A program made the translations under genes and the position numbers. A stretch of 32,000 nt of DNA, taken from assembly GCA_008080745.1 (NCBI GenBank), contig SHMX01000001.1, positions 60,001 through 92,000 of the forward strand, written 5' to 3'. Positions 9,398 through 18,035 of this stretch are shown here, piece after piece. The notes under the pieces were generated by a model, which worked only from the letters and a program-made list of their open reading frames with translations, did no database searches and was not told the origin of the DNA. This DNA is from Candidatus Thorarchaeota archaeon. GTDB lineage: Archaea > Asgardarchaeota > Thorarchaeia > Thorarchaeales > Thorarchaeaceae. Within the stretch, counting starts at the first letter, position 1, and every line of letters begins with the position of its first letter.

Positions 9398-10513
9398 ATG
9401 CCGAGTGCAGTCTTTCTAATTCATCTGGATGAAAATCATGGATTTATACTAAAAAAACGACATCCCATCTCATTAAAGGTAACAGAAGCAGACTTGAATA
9501 ATATCTATGTACCCCATGCAGAAAAGGCAGGACTTCATGTCATTGAGTTAGATGACACCCAGATATTATCCTATTCAAAGAATAAAATGCCTGAATGGGT
9601 TGTATGCTTTGAGATGGAAGCAGATGATGATATCAGCTTTGAGAGTTCGCGACTTGAAGGTACTGCAAGATTACTACTGGAACTTGCTGAAACTTCTATT
9701 GATGATATTGATCTTGAAGAAATAATGAAATCTGGAAGTAGCTTGTCTGAAGAGAGTGCAGAACAAAAATTTGCAGGAGTGTTTCTAACCCCCTCAGCAC
9801 CACTTATTCTTGAGCACCTGCAAAGTGCAGAGATTTCAGGATTTGTTTCATCTGCTGCCCTTTCCATGTGGCTAAAAAAGCAGGTTGGAGGAGAAGGAAC
9901 AAATGTGGCTGAAGCAATTAGGCCTCTGATAACCTCTGGCTTGGTAAAAATGGAAATGCTAACAAAGACAAAACAATTTGTCTTCTTGGTCAAGGATGTT
10001 TTCGGTCACAGAGCATCACCAAATGACAGTCTCAAGCTAGCAGAAATGACGAGACCTGATATCTATGAAGAATATAAGGAGCAAGTCGAAAATTTCTTTG
10101 GTGCTGATTCTTCTGGAAGAGGATATAATCCAACAATCATGGAGGAGGAAGAGATGCAGACTATGATTGAAGACAGAGAAAAAGTTGCAGTAAATGTAGC
10201 AAACATAATTCATTACAATGTTATTACTGCACTGCGAAAAGGTCCAATGACACTGGACGAGATTATTATTCAAACCGCATTTCCAAAATCAATTGTACAA
10301 AAGGCTTTGTGGGCATTAAAGTCAAATAGCATCGTTACTTCTTTTGAGGAAGAATCGATATGGGCACTTCTAACAGATCCGGTCTTTGAAAGCTTCATGC
10401 CGAAATATGTGCTTGAGGGAATTTCCAAAAAATGGAACACAAAGGAAGCTGATTCTGCAGAGGTTCAGATGTACTTAGATTTACTCATTAACACTTGGAG
10501 AACAACATCATGA
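9398..10513 (+). CDS. Putative longin/uDENN-like domain protein with winged-helix domains
   Basis: The N-terminus AVFLIHLDENHGFILKKRHP...QILSYS...VVCF resembles uDENN starts (hhhhxFDxxxGPxhxxxYP). Two wHTH-like segments: LILEHLQ...AIRPLITSGLVK and ALRKGPMTLDEIIIQTAFPKSIVQKALWALKSNSIV. Translationally coupled (ATGA) to the GTPase gene. Confidence 0.6.
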   Translation: MPSAVFLIHLDENHGFILKKRHPISLKVTEADLNNIYVPHAEKAGLHVIELDDTQILSYSKNKMPEWVVCFEMEADDDISFESSRLEGTARLLLELAETSIDDIDLEEIMKSGSSLSEESAEQKFAGVFLTPSAPLILEHLQSAEISGFVSSAALSMWLKKQVGGEGTNVAEAIRPLITSGLVKMEMLTKTKQFVFLVKDVFGHRASPNDSLKLAEMTRPDIYEEYKEQVENFFGADSSGRGYNPTIMEEEEMQTMIEDREKVAVNVANIIHYNVITALRKGPMTLDEIIIQTAFPKSIVQKALWALKSNSIVTSFEEESIWALLTDPVFESFMPKYVLEGISKKWNTKEADSAEVQMYLDLLINTWRTTS

Positions 10514-11355
10514 TTCGGGGTATTTACATACTCGGAGAACAAAACAATATACTCTATTCGAAAGAATATGCAAAAAGTGACGCTAGAGCTACTTTAATCG
10601 AATTTCTAGTTAATCTTTCACAATTTCTAAAATCCGTGGATATTGAAAAGACCGAATACATGAATCTTTCAGTTTCTAGACTGTTCTATTCAAAACGGGG
10701 AAACTTTACATTCATTTCTCTTGCAGATAAAGCAGATGAGCCATCTCAGATTGAAGAAAAAACAGATCAGCTCATTGATATATTCATGAAGGATTATGCT
10801 AACTTGGCTCTTGCTGGTCAACCGCTCGATGATTTTGGAGACAAAGTAGACGAGATTGCTGTCACAATGGTCAAGGTAGCCATATTGGGTTTTGCGGGAG
10901 TTGGAAAAACTACTACGCTTCATCTTCTACGAGGGGAAACCCTTCCACTCGTTCATGACCCAACTATTGGAGTATCAATCAAGAAACTCCCCGAAGAGGT
11001 GCAATCCGCGAATATTGTTTTATGGGATCTTGCAGGACAAGCAAGATTTAGTATTCTTTGGTCAAAAATGATTGCAAATGCACAGGTTGTAATTCTTGTT
11101 ACTGATAGCACATTGGAGAATGTACTACGGAGTAAGAAGCTGGTAGCCTTAGTGAAGGAAGAGGTGCCAAACGCCCAAGTCATTGGTATCGCCAACAAAC
11201 AGGATCTTCCTACCGCACTAACACCTGAAAGAGTCGGGCAGATACTTGGGGTTCCAACTTATGAATTGGTGGCTATTGATATATCCTATCGAGACCGACT
11301 TGTGCAATTGATTAGAAGGGCAATTCTTGAAGGAAAAACCTCCGATAAGTCTTAG
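10510..11355 (+). CDS. Longin-domain / small GTPase (Arf/Rab-like) fusion
   Basis: G1 GFAGVGKTT, G2 PTIG, G3 WDLAGQ, G4 NKQD. The N-terminal about 115 aa (MIRGIYILGEQNNILYSKEY...LFYSKRGNFTFISLAD) follows the sigma-adaptin/SRX-type longin pattern. Start moved to ATG 10510, overlapping the upstream TGA. Confidence 0.9.
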   Translation: MIRGIYILGEQNNILYSKEYAKSDARATLIEFLVNLSQFLKSVDIEKTEYMNLSVSRLFYSKRGNFTFISLADKADEPSQIEEKTDQLIDIFMKDYANLALAGQPLDDFGDKVDEIAVTMVKVAILGFAGVGKTTTLHLLRGETLPLVHDPTIGVSIKKLPEEVQSANIVLWDLAGQARFSILWSKMIANAQVVILVTDSTLENVLRSKKLVALVKEEVPNAQVIGIANKQDLPTALTPERVGQILGVPTYELVAIDISYRDRLVQLIRRAILEGKTSDKS

Positions 11356-11560
11356 AAATTACAGCTGGTTTGTGGGTGTACTAGCTCATATACTCTTCAA
11401 AAAGGAAAGAGCTACATTCAAATCACATTATTAAACAAGCCTCTCCTGAGAATTATTATGAAAATGCTCTATATACAAGATATAACAACAGGACAAAGGT
11501 TAAGAACTCGCAACATAAGATATCTAGTATACAGGGCTAAGATAATTTAGGTGACAATTC

Positions 11561-12196
11561 ATGTCTTTCGATTTTTCCGAGATACAGCGGCAGATGGAGG
11601 AACTCAATGGAAAACTCCAGGCGATTAAGGCTTTTGCAGAGAAAGTAGCAGAAACAAAACGGTTAGCAGATACACTTGCTGCCAACTTTGCAAGAATGAA
11701 GACTGAGATTAATCAGACTATTAACAAGTCATTTGCAGAAATTGCAGATCAAATCGAAGAGCTCAGAAAAAATATGGAACAGATGGAATCGGTACAAGTG
11801 ACTGAGAAAAGTGTTGAATCAACACCGACACCAGCTCCAAAGCCGGAACCAAAACCAGAACCTGAGCCGGAGCCAGAACCAAAGCCGGAGCCCAAGCCGG
11901 AACCAAAACCAGAACCTGAGCCGGAGCCAGAACCAAAACCTGAGCCCAAGCCGGAGCCAGAACCTGTACCAAAGCCAGAACCAAAACCTGAGCCCGAGGA
12001 ACCAGAACCCGTAGAGGGTGATGATGCTCAAAAGCAATTCTTGGAGCAACAGAGAGACAAACTCAAAGCTCAGCTTACGGATCTTCGTTTTGATTACATG
12101 AGAGGGTACATTCCTGAGGATGAATACAAGGCAAAAGAGGCTGAACTTGATTCAGAACTGGCAGAGCTTGAAAAGCGACTCAGCGAGCTTGGTTAA
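11561..12196 (+). CDS. Coiled-coil protein with Pro/Glu/Lys (PEPK) repeat linker and C-terminal SHOCT-like domain
   Basis: N-terminal heptads, a central (PEPK/PEPE)n tract, and C-terminal [29 protein letters not shown] matching the SHOCT pattern (LxxL...GxIxEEEFxxxKxxL). AGGTGA precedes the ATG. Confidence 0.8.
   Translation: MSFDFSEIQRQMEELNGKLQAIKAFAEKVAETKRLADTLAANFARMKTEINQTINKSFAEIADQIEELRKNMEQMESVQVTEKSVESTPTPAPKPEPKPEPEPEPEPKPEPKPEPKPEPEPEPEPKPEPKPEPEPVPKPEPKPEPEEPEPVEGDDAQKQFLEQQRDKLKAQLTDLRFDYMRGYIPEDEYKAKEAELDSELAELEKRLSELG
11831..12010 (+). repeat. Coding low-complexity tandem repeat (PEPK/PEPE) with an exact 44-bp duplication at 54-bp period
   Basis: AAGCCGGAACCAAAACCAGAACCTGAGCCGGAGCCAGAACCAAA occurs at 11840-11883 and 11894-11937. 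Confidence 0.9.
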
Positions 12197-12209
12197 TTAG
12201 AAGAAATAT

Positions 12210-12241
12210 TGGGAGCAAAGCTCCCAGCTTTCCTTTATTTT
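12210..12241 (+). terminator. Hairpin plus T-rich tract after the SHOCT gene
   Basis: TGGGAGC-AAA-GCTCCCA followed by GCTTTCCTTTATTTT. Confidence 0.6.
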
Positions 12242-12270
12242 TATCATAATTATTCATAAAATGAGAGAGA

Positions 12271-12298
12271 AGTAGCGAGATGAAGATGACTCGCTACT
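12271..12298 (-). terminator. Hairpin downstream of rps25e
   Basis: AGTAGCGAG (12271-12279) and CTCGCTACT (12290-12298) form a 9-bp inverted repeat, 27 nt past the stop codon of the minus-strand gene. Confidence 0.5.
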
Positions 12299-12324
12299 CT
12301 GATTAATACCTAGGAGAGGAAGAA

Positions 12325-13200
12325 TCATTCAAGAGCCTTTTTAGCTGCCGCGATGTATTTCTTGGCAGTTGCCAATCCAACACCATCAACCTTGTCAGAT
12401 AATTTTTCTGGATCTTCTCTGGAAAGGTTTAGAACCGTCTTGATACCAGCCTCACGAAGTTTCTCTTCCATAGCGGGACCAATTCCTGAAATATCGGACA
12501 ATTTTGGTTTTGGTTTCTTCTTAGCTGGTTTTTTAACCTCTTTCTTAGGTTCTTCCTTCTTGGGCTCTGCTTTCTTTGGAGCTTTCTTAGGTTCTTCTTT
12601 CTTGGGCTCTTCCTTCTTTGGAGCTTTCTTAGGTTCTTCTTTCTTTGGTTTCTTCTTAGGAGCTTCTTTGGGTTTTTCGCTCTTTGGTTCTTTCTCTTCT
12701 TCTTCTTCTTCTTCGAGAGGTTCTACAACCACTTCAGGTCGAGAGTCTTTACGCTCTTTCTTAGCTCCTGCTTCACGACGTTTTCTTTTTAGCTTACTAG
12801 GTTTGACGGAAGTAGGTGCAGCAGCTGCAGCAAGAGCAGCTTCCATCTCTTCAGTAGCAATTGGTTCTGATGGAACAGAGGAGGCAACTTCTTCGAGAAC
12901 ATCTGAAATCATAATTGGCTTTCCCTTCTCTCGTTTTTCCATCTCAGAAGGGGTAGTATATACAACAAAACCGCTCTCACGGATATATGGAACAATAATA
13001 CCTTCTTCTTCCTTCTCCCGTAATATCTTACGTGCAACACTCATACGGATATTGAACTTATTGGCTAAATCATAGGGTGTTACTGAAGATGCCTTAACAA
13101 GATAATCATCAATCTCTTTCAATACTTCTTTTTTGGGAATGGCTTCGCGTATGACTTTCTCAGTCTTTGTCGTCGATCTTCCCCATTTCTTTCGTGACAT
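12325..13200 (-). CDS. rps25e: Ribosomal protein eS25 with a long Lys/Glu/Pro-rich linker and C-terminal helix-hairpin-helix domain
   Basis: KKWGR...SVTPYDLANKFNIRMSVARKILREKEEEGIIVPY...VVYTT matches eS25 (KKWSK...ITP..VSERLKI..SLAR..L.EL...G.IK.V......IYTR). The C-terminal LSDISGIGPAMEEKLREAGIKTV...VDGVGLATAKKYI is a tandem HhH. Confidence 0.85.
   Translation of the reverse strand: MSRKKWGRSTTKTEKVIREAIPKKEVLKEIDDYLVKASSVTPYDLANKFNIRMSVARKILREKEEEGIIVPYIRESGFVVYTTPSEMEKREKGKPIMISDVLEEVASSVPSEPIATEEMEAALAAAAAPTSVKPSKLKRKRREAGAKKERKDSRPEVVVEPLEEEEEEEKEPKSEKPKEAPKKKPKKEEPKKAPKKEEPKKEEPKKAPKKAEPKKEEPKKEVKKPAKKKPKPKLSDISGIGPAMEEKLREAGIKTVLNLSREDPEKLSDKVDGVGLATAKKYIAAAKKALE
12500..12720 (-). repeat. 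Coding low-complexity repeat (KKEEPKK/APKK) in the eS25 linker
   Basis: Recurring TTCTTAGGTTCTTC and TTCTTTGGAGCTTTCTTAGG units on the plus strand. Confidence 0.8.
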
Positions 13201-13330
13201 TGTTAGAGCTCAGCTCCTAGGTATTTGACGTGAGTCATCGCAACTCTCTGAGTTTGGCTTAAAAAGATAATCATTGCACTACTCTAAGAGGTACACGAAA
13301 GTCTACCTTTTTTTCACAGAATCTGGTTTG

Positions 13331-14617
13331 TTATTTCTCTAATTCTAAAGGTTCAACAGTGATGGTTTGTACATGTGAAACTTTACTCCTCTCAGGAATA
13401 TCTCGATTGATAACACATCCAGGGTCTATGATAGTACCTTCACCAATTCGAGTAGCAGGATATATTGATGTATTGACTCCAATAATCACATGATCACCGA
13501 TCATTGCACCCATCTTGGTTAGGGGAACACGAATTTTTTCATCACCATCCGTTAGATAGAGTGTTTCACCCGATGGTCGCCAATTCCATAATTGTGCACC
13601 AGCTTCAATACAAGTATCGGACCCGACAATTGAATCGGCTAGATAAGTCATCCTTCCAATATTTACGCGCTCAAAAACCATGCTGTTTCGTAATTCTACC
13701 GAGTAACCTATATGTACACCATCGGATAAGCTCGAATATTCTCTGACAAGAGAATTATTCCCAACATAAACACGCTTACCGATATGCACAGGGCCTCGAA
13801 TAGTTGTCCCAGGTCTTATTATGCTACCTTCATCAATAAAAACAGGTCCTTCAAGAACCACATTTTTATGAATTTCTGCGGACTCGGCGATAAAACTGCC
13901 ATATCCACGAAGCTTGCGATCAAGTACAATCTGGTTTGCCTTGAGAATGTCCCAGGGCCAAGTAAACTCCGCCCATTCCTTTTCCCATACTGCTGCTGCG
14001 ACGGTCTTATTTGTTTCAATCATCTTTTCTATAGTCTTTTCCATAGTACCATATTTTTCTAATAGTTCTAAGATCTCAGTCTTGAATACGGACACACCCG
14101 CAACTGCATAATTGCTAACATATCTATCAGGACCGCCTTTTTCCACTAATCGTTCAACAACACCATTTCGTCCAATTTTTACTGTACCAAACTGTTGCGG
14201 ATTAGAAACAAGTGTGACTAACATGGTAACGTCAGCATTCATTGTATTATGATTATTGAGCGTTCGAGTAACCATATCAGGTTCAACAAGCACGTCGCCA
14301 TTAACCAATAGAAATTCTTCTTCGTTCTCTAAATCGTTGTATGCAGATAATATCGCATGTTCGACACCTTTCTGCTCGTGTTGAATTACATATCGAATGC
14401 TAATATCTTGGTCTGCGCCCATATCAAAATAATCTATAATCTCCTCGCGTCCATGACCCACTACAACAACTAGCTCGTGAATGTCATTTTCTTTCAAGCT
14501 TTCAATAATATATTGTAGTACCGGTTGCCCAGCAATCATCAACATTGCCTTAGATCTATTTGAGGTAAGTGGCATAAGTCGTCTGCCCTTACCTGCTGTA
14601 AGTACGAGCGCTTTCAT
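13331..14617 (-). CDS. glmU: Archaeal bifunctional sugar-1-phosphate nucleotidyltransferase/acetyltransferase (GlmU-like)
   Basis: N-terminal KALVLTAGKGRRLMPLT..RSKAML, then QHEQKG, VNGD and VEK motifs. C-terminal hexapeptide (left-handed beta-helix) repeats including GAMIGDHVIIGVN. Confidence 0.85.
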   Translation of the reverse strand: MKALVLTAGKGRRLMPLTSNRSKAMLMIAGQPVLQYIIESLKENDIHELVVVVGHGREEIIDYFDMGADQDISIRYVIQHEQKGVEHAILSAYNDLENEEEFLLVNGDVLVEPDMVTRTLNNHNTMNADVTMLVTLVSNPQQFGTVKIGRNGVVERLVEKGGPDRYVSNYAVAGVSVFKTEILELLEKYGTMEKTIEKMIETNKTVAAAVWEKEWAEFTWPWDILKANQIVLDRKLRGYGSFIAESAEIHKNVVLEGPVFIDEGSIIRPGTTIRGPVHIGKRVYVGNNSLVREYSSLSDGVHIGYSVELRNSMVFERVNIGRMTYLADSIVGSDTCIEAGAQLWNWRPSGETLYLTDGDEKIRVPLTKMGAMIGDHVIIGVNTSIYPATRIGEGTIIDPGCVINRDIPERSKVSHVQTITVEPLELEK

Positions 14618-14685
14618 TCTGCAGTCATTTCAAAGATGAGGTTGTTCTTGATAAAACTGTTGGCAAATATCTAAGTTTGTACTCA

Positions 14686-15414
14686 TTAAGACTTTCGAAG
14701 GCTGAAATAGATTCTCTGCTTCTGTGCCCCCACATTCTTACTCTTTTTAATCCGAATTAAACCAATCTCACTTGTGTTATGTACATGGGTTCCAGCACAG
14801 GAGGCAGCGTCATAATCACCAATCAATAGTACTCTGAATTCTTTTACATGATCTGGAACCATTTCCAGATAACGAGTTTGGTAGCCTCGTTCCCTAAGAT
14901 AGGAGATTGCTTGCTCTCGAGGCATAAATTTAGTTTCTACATCCATATTCTGCGAAAGGAGCTCATTCACACCCGTTTCAACCTCTTTTTTCATTTTTTC
15001 AGGAAAAGCATCTAGGGGGGTATAGTCTGCTCGACTCTCACCTGGTTTTATCATATTCCCCACTGTCACCAGTTCGTAATTCAACTGAAGGTATCGAGAA
15101 AGGACATGTTGACATGTATGAAATCTCATACATTCATATCGCCAATCCCAGTCAAGAATTCCATGAACCGTCATACCCGCTTCTAATCCTTCGAGTGAGC
15201 TTAGACGGTGTTCAATACGTCCACCTGTTTTTTTTGTAGTTTTGATTAAATATTCCTTCGAATCCACTACTAATTTGCCCTTGTCACCACTCTGTCCTCC
15301 ACTTTCAGGATAGAAAGCGGATCTATCAAGAACTACACCCTTATCAGATATAGAAACTATTTTTGCATCAAATTCTCTGAGGTAATTATCACGCATATAC
15401 AGCGGTTTGGTCAA
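14686..15414 (-). CDS. alaX: Free-standing alanyl-tRNA editing protein (AlaX-M)
   Basis: LYMRDNYL, AFYPESGGQxGDxG, Zn motifs MRFHTCQH (HxxxH) and CAGTH (CxGxH). TTG start preceded by the SD-like GGAAGTGAT. Confidence 0.93.
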   Translation of the reverse strand: MTKPLYMRDNYLREFDAKIVSISDKGVVLDRSAFYPESGGQSGDKGKLVVDSKEYLIKTTKKTGGRIEHRLSSLEGLEAGMTVHGILDWDWRYECMRFHTCQHVLSRYLQLNYELVTVGNMIKPGESRADYTPLDAFPEKMKKEVETGVNELLSQNMDVETKFMPREQAISYLRERGYQTRYLEMVPDHVKEFRVLLIGDYDAASCAGTHVHNTSEIGLIRIKKSKNVGAQKQRIYFSLRKS

Positions 15415-15434
15415 TACATCACTTCCAAATGGAA

Positions 15435-15956
15435 TTATTTCGAATCTTTATGTCGTTTCCATTCTTGATGTGCTAATTGTTGAAGCTCCTTTTTATCGTC
15501 TTCGTCCAATCCGATAACATCAGCGACCATATCAATGATATCGGTCACCTCACGTGCCCCTTCTGCTGAATGAATTCCTTCTACTGTAGCTTCAATATCA
15601 TCATCTGATATCGCTCCCATCTGTTCTTGATATTCGACCAGTTTCTGAGATAAATCACTGCTTGCAACAAGAGGAATATGTCCGCCCTCTTTTGGAGGTT
15701 TTATTCCAATCTCTTCCAACTTTGATTCATACATGTCTGAAATAATTTCTTCCCGGGATTTCACAGGAGGAGATTCTACATCACGACCTTTTTCCACTGT
15801 AGATTTCATCTTCAACATAATCTTAACCTCCGGGGGTCCGCTGGGAGCTTTTGGTCCACGTCGAGATGCAGCAATAGCGATTATGACAATAACGACTATC
15901 AGTAAAACAAGCACAATCGGATCTAATAGAAGATTAATGATTTCATCAAGTTGCAT
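15435..15956 (-). CDS. Hypothetical single-pass membrane protein with acidic helical C-terminus (about 173 aa)
   Basis: One strong TM segment (IVLVLLIVVIVIIAIAA) followed by SRRGPK. ATG 15956 is preferred because GAGGGG lies just upstream and the longer 16088 start would overlap larB. Confidence 0.75.
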   Translation of the reverse strand: MQLDEIINLLLDPIVLVLLIVVIVIIAIAASRRGPKAPSGPPEVKIMLKMKSTVEKGRDVESPPVKSREEIISDMYESKLEEIGIKPPKEGGHIPLVASSDLSQKLVEYQEQMGAISDDDIEATVEGIHSAEGAREVTDIIDMVADVIGLDEDDKKELQQLAHQEWKRHKDSK

Positions 15957-16050
15957 TATTGACCCCTCTTGTTGTTTGGGCTTACCCATATTGACTTGGA
16001 ACAGTAACTTTAAGGTTTCTCCCTTCATTAAATACAGAAGATGGTTGATT

Positions 16051-16848
16051 ATGAGGACTACAAGAACGATTCTAAGCAATTTAGCCAAAGGGAAAATCAG
16101 TGAAGAAGAGGCAGAAAAACAGTTACAGGAGCTATCTGTCGGAGTTGTTGGTGATCTTGCAAGAATTGATGGTGCTCGGGAAGGTAGAAGTGGAATACCA
16201 GAGGTGATATTCTCAGAATCAAAAAGTGCCGATGATACCGTCCAGATAGCTAAAACTATGATAGTCCAGTCGGGTTATGCACTTATGACTCGGATAAACA
16301 CAGAGAAGTTGCAGACTCTTCAGAGAGATTTATCAGATTACGAAATTGAAGCAAAAGGGTCAGGAAACCACTACACAGTTTTAGCTAGCTCACCAGACTG
16401 GTCCCCACCCGAACCTACAGGAAAAATTGCGGTGGTGACTGCAGGAACCTCAGATATCCCATTTGCATATGAGTCGATTTTAGTAGCTAAAATTATGGGT
16501 GTTACTGCTATATCCTTCTTTGACGTTGGAGTGGCAGGGATACACCGATTGGTGGAACCCATTAAACAGATTGTGAAGGAAAAAGTATCAGCAGTTGTTG
16601 TATTAGCAGGAATGGAGGGTGCATTACCAACAGTTGTTGCATCTCTAGTGAATGCACCTGTCATTGGAGTGCCAATTCCGACAGGATATGGTCATGGTGG
16701 AAAAGGAGAAACTGCTCTCGCATCCATGCTACAATCCTGTGCTCCAGGACTGGCGGTCGTAAATATCGGGAATGGGCTTGGCGCAGGTTCATTTGCGGCC
16801 TTAATTGCTAAAAGATGCGGTAAGATACAACCTGACTCAGGACGATAG
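16051..16848 (+). CDS. larB: Nickel-pincer cofactor biosynthesis protein LarB / NCAIR mutase (PurE)-related protein
   Basis: ARIDxxRxxRxGIPEVIF, VVTAGTSD, DVGVAGIHRL, AGMEGALP, VIGVPxxxGYG, LQSCAPG, VVNIxNGxGA. The true start is ATG 16051; the 15733 extension is antisense to another gene. Confidence 0.88.
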   Translation: MRTTRTILSNLAKGKISEEEAEKQLQELSVGVVGDLARIDGAREGRSGIPEVIFSESKSADDTVQIAKTMIVQSGYALMTRINTEKLQTLQRDLSDYEIEAKGSGNHYTVLASSPDWSPPEPTGKIAVVTAGTSDIPFAYESILVAKIMGVTAISFFDVGVAGIHRLVEPIKQIVKEKVSAVVVLAGMEGALPTVVASLVNAPVIGVPIPTGYGHGGKGETALASMLQSCAPGLAVVNIGNGLGAGSFAALIAKRCGKIQPDSGR

Positions 16849-17970
16849 AATAGTATTTGCAATATCAAGATACACATCTACGGACTGATACATTTGATCA
16901 AGACGGATGAATTCATCTGGTTGGTGTGCTTGTTCAATGGAACCAGGACCACAAATAACATTGATGATACCGACTTTTGGTTGAAGTACTGAACAGTCAG
17001 TTCCATAGGTAGCAGCAGAGGGCTCTGGTCTTCTTCCCGTGACTTTTTCTACGGCATCAAGAGTTGCTCCTACAATGGGACTATCAACGGGTGTTGAAAC
17101 TGCAGGTTTTCCATGTATATACTGAAGATCTACAAAATCAGCTAGGCCTGCTTCAATGAATCTCTCACGAATCTGTTGCATTAACCCTTCTGTTGTTTGT
17201 CCCTTAACAATTCGCATATCAAGATGAACCTCGCAATGATCAGGAACAACATTAATTTTGATACCTCCGTTTATCATACCAACATTTAGAGTAGGAACAC
17301 CAAGTAAATTATCTTCTTCAAAAGGAAATGCTTTACGAGTTATGCTTGCAAGTGCTTTGACAGCTAGGGCAATCGCATTAATCCCCTCTTCAGGTCTTGA
17401 GCCGTGAGCAGACTTGCCTTGTGCGACTATTTTAGACCAAAACATTCCTTTTTCTCCAACAAGAACATCAAGACCAGTAGGTTCAGCACAAACGCCATAT
17501 TTTACGTCAGATAGCAATCCACTTTTTGCAACTTCTTCTGCTCCAGAACAGCCACTCTCCTCATCGGAGGTAGCGAGCATCATAAGAGGCACTTTTCTTT
17601 TTGATTCCTTATAGAGTATCATTGTTTCAGTAAGAGCGGTTACAGGACCTTTCATGTCACAGGTTCCTCTACCATACATTTTACCTCCATCAATCGCTCC
17701 AGCAAAAGGAGGATAGGTCCAGTTTTCCTTCGGCCCAGCTGGAACCGTATCCATGTGCCCATGAATCACAAGAGGTCCCACTTCATCCTCATGAGTTGAA
17801 AAAATGAGGTTAGGCCGTTCGGATGGACCAACAGATCTACAATTAATCCCATAATCCTCCAAATGTCGTTTCAAGACCTTTGCTACTTCTTCTTCTCGAC
17901 CGGGAGGGCTCTCAGAATTTGTTTGCACCAGAGTCTTGAGAAGAGTCATCATTCGCTTTTGATCGGTCAT
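16837..17970 (-). CDS. M20 family metallopeptidase/deacylase (ArgE/DapE/LysK-like)
   Basis: HGHMDTV, YGRGTCDMKG, DEESG, EPT, GKSAHGS, GIKINVVPD, AHQPDE. Its 3' end overlaps convergent larB by 12 bp. Confidence 0.92.
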   Translation of the reverse strand: MTDQKRMMTLLKTLVQTNSESPPGREEEVAKVLKRHLEDYGINCRSVGPSERPNLIFSTHEDEVGPLVIHGHMDTVPAGPKENWTYPPFAGAIDGGKMYGRGTCDMKGPVTALTETMILYKESKRKVPLMMLATSDEESGCSGAEEVAKSGLLSDVKYGVCAEPTGLDVLVGEKGMFWSKIVAQGKSAHGSRPEEGINAIALAVKALASITRKAFPFEEDNLLGVPTLNVGMINGGIKINVVPDHCEVHLDMRIVKGQTTEGLMQQIRERFIEAGLADFVDLQYIHGKPAVSTPVDSPIVGATLDAVEKVTGRRPEPSAATYGTDCSVLQPKVGIINVICGPGSIEQAHQPDEFIRLDQMYQSVDVYLDIANTILSS

Positions 17971-18035
17971 TGTATCACAGTTTGTGTTAAGGGAGAAACA
18001 TATCTAAGAACATTCCCCTAAGTATTTGTAGAAGA

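Noticed and set aside
11831-12010. Tandem repeats considered as a CRISPR array
   Set aside because: No unique spacers, in-frame coding periodicity and no cas genes.
11749-12049. Several 66-76-aa ORFs with GSGSG, VLVL, QNQN or FWFW repeats
   Set aside because: Alternative-frame readouts of the PEPK repeat.
12353-13075. 240-aa plus-strand ORF
   Set aside because: Antisense shadow of the repetitive eS25 linker (Ser/Phe/Gly-rich); no independent motif.
15411-15419. ATG-TAT-TGA mini-ORF over the alaX start
   Set aside because: The ATG arises from the SD-like sequence GGAAGTGAT itself; spacing favours the TTG.
15733-16050. N-terminal extension of larB and the reciprocal 15957-16088 extension of the membrane protein
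   Set aside because: The two extensions overlap antisense. Internal ATGs at 16051 and 15956 give normal proteins separated by a short divergent promoter region.
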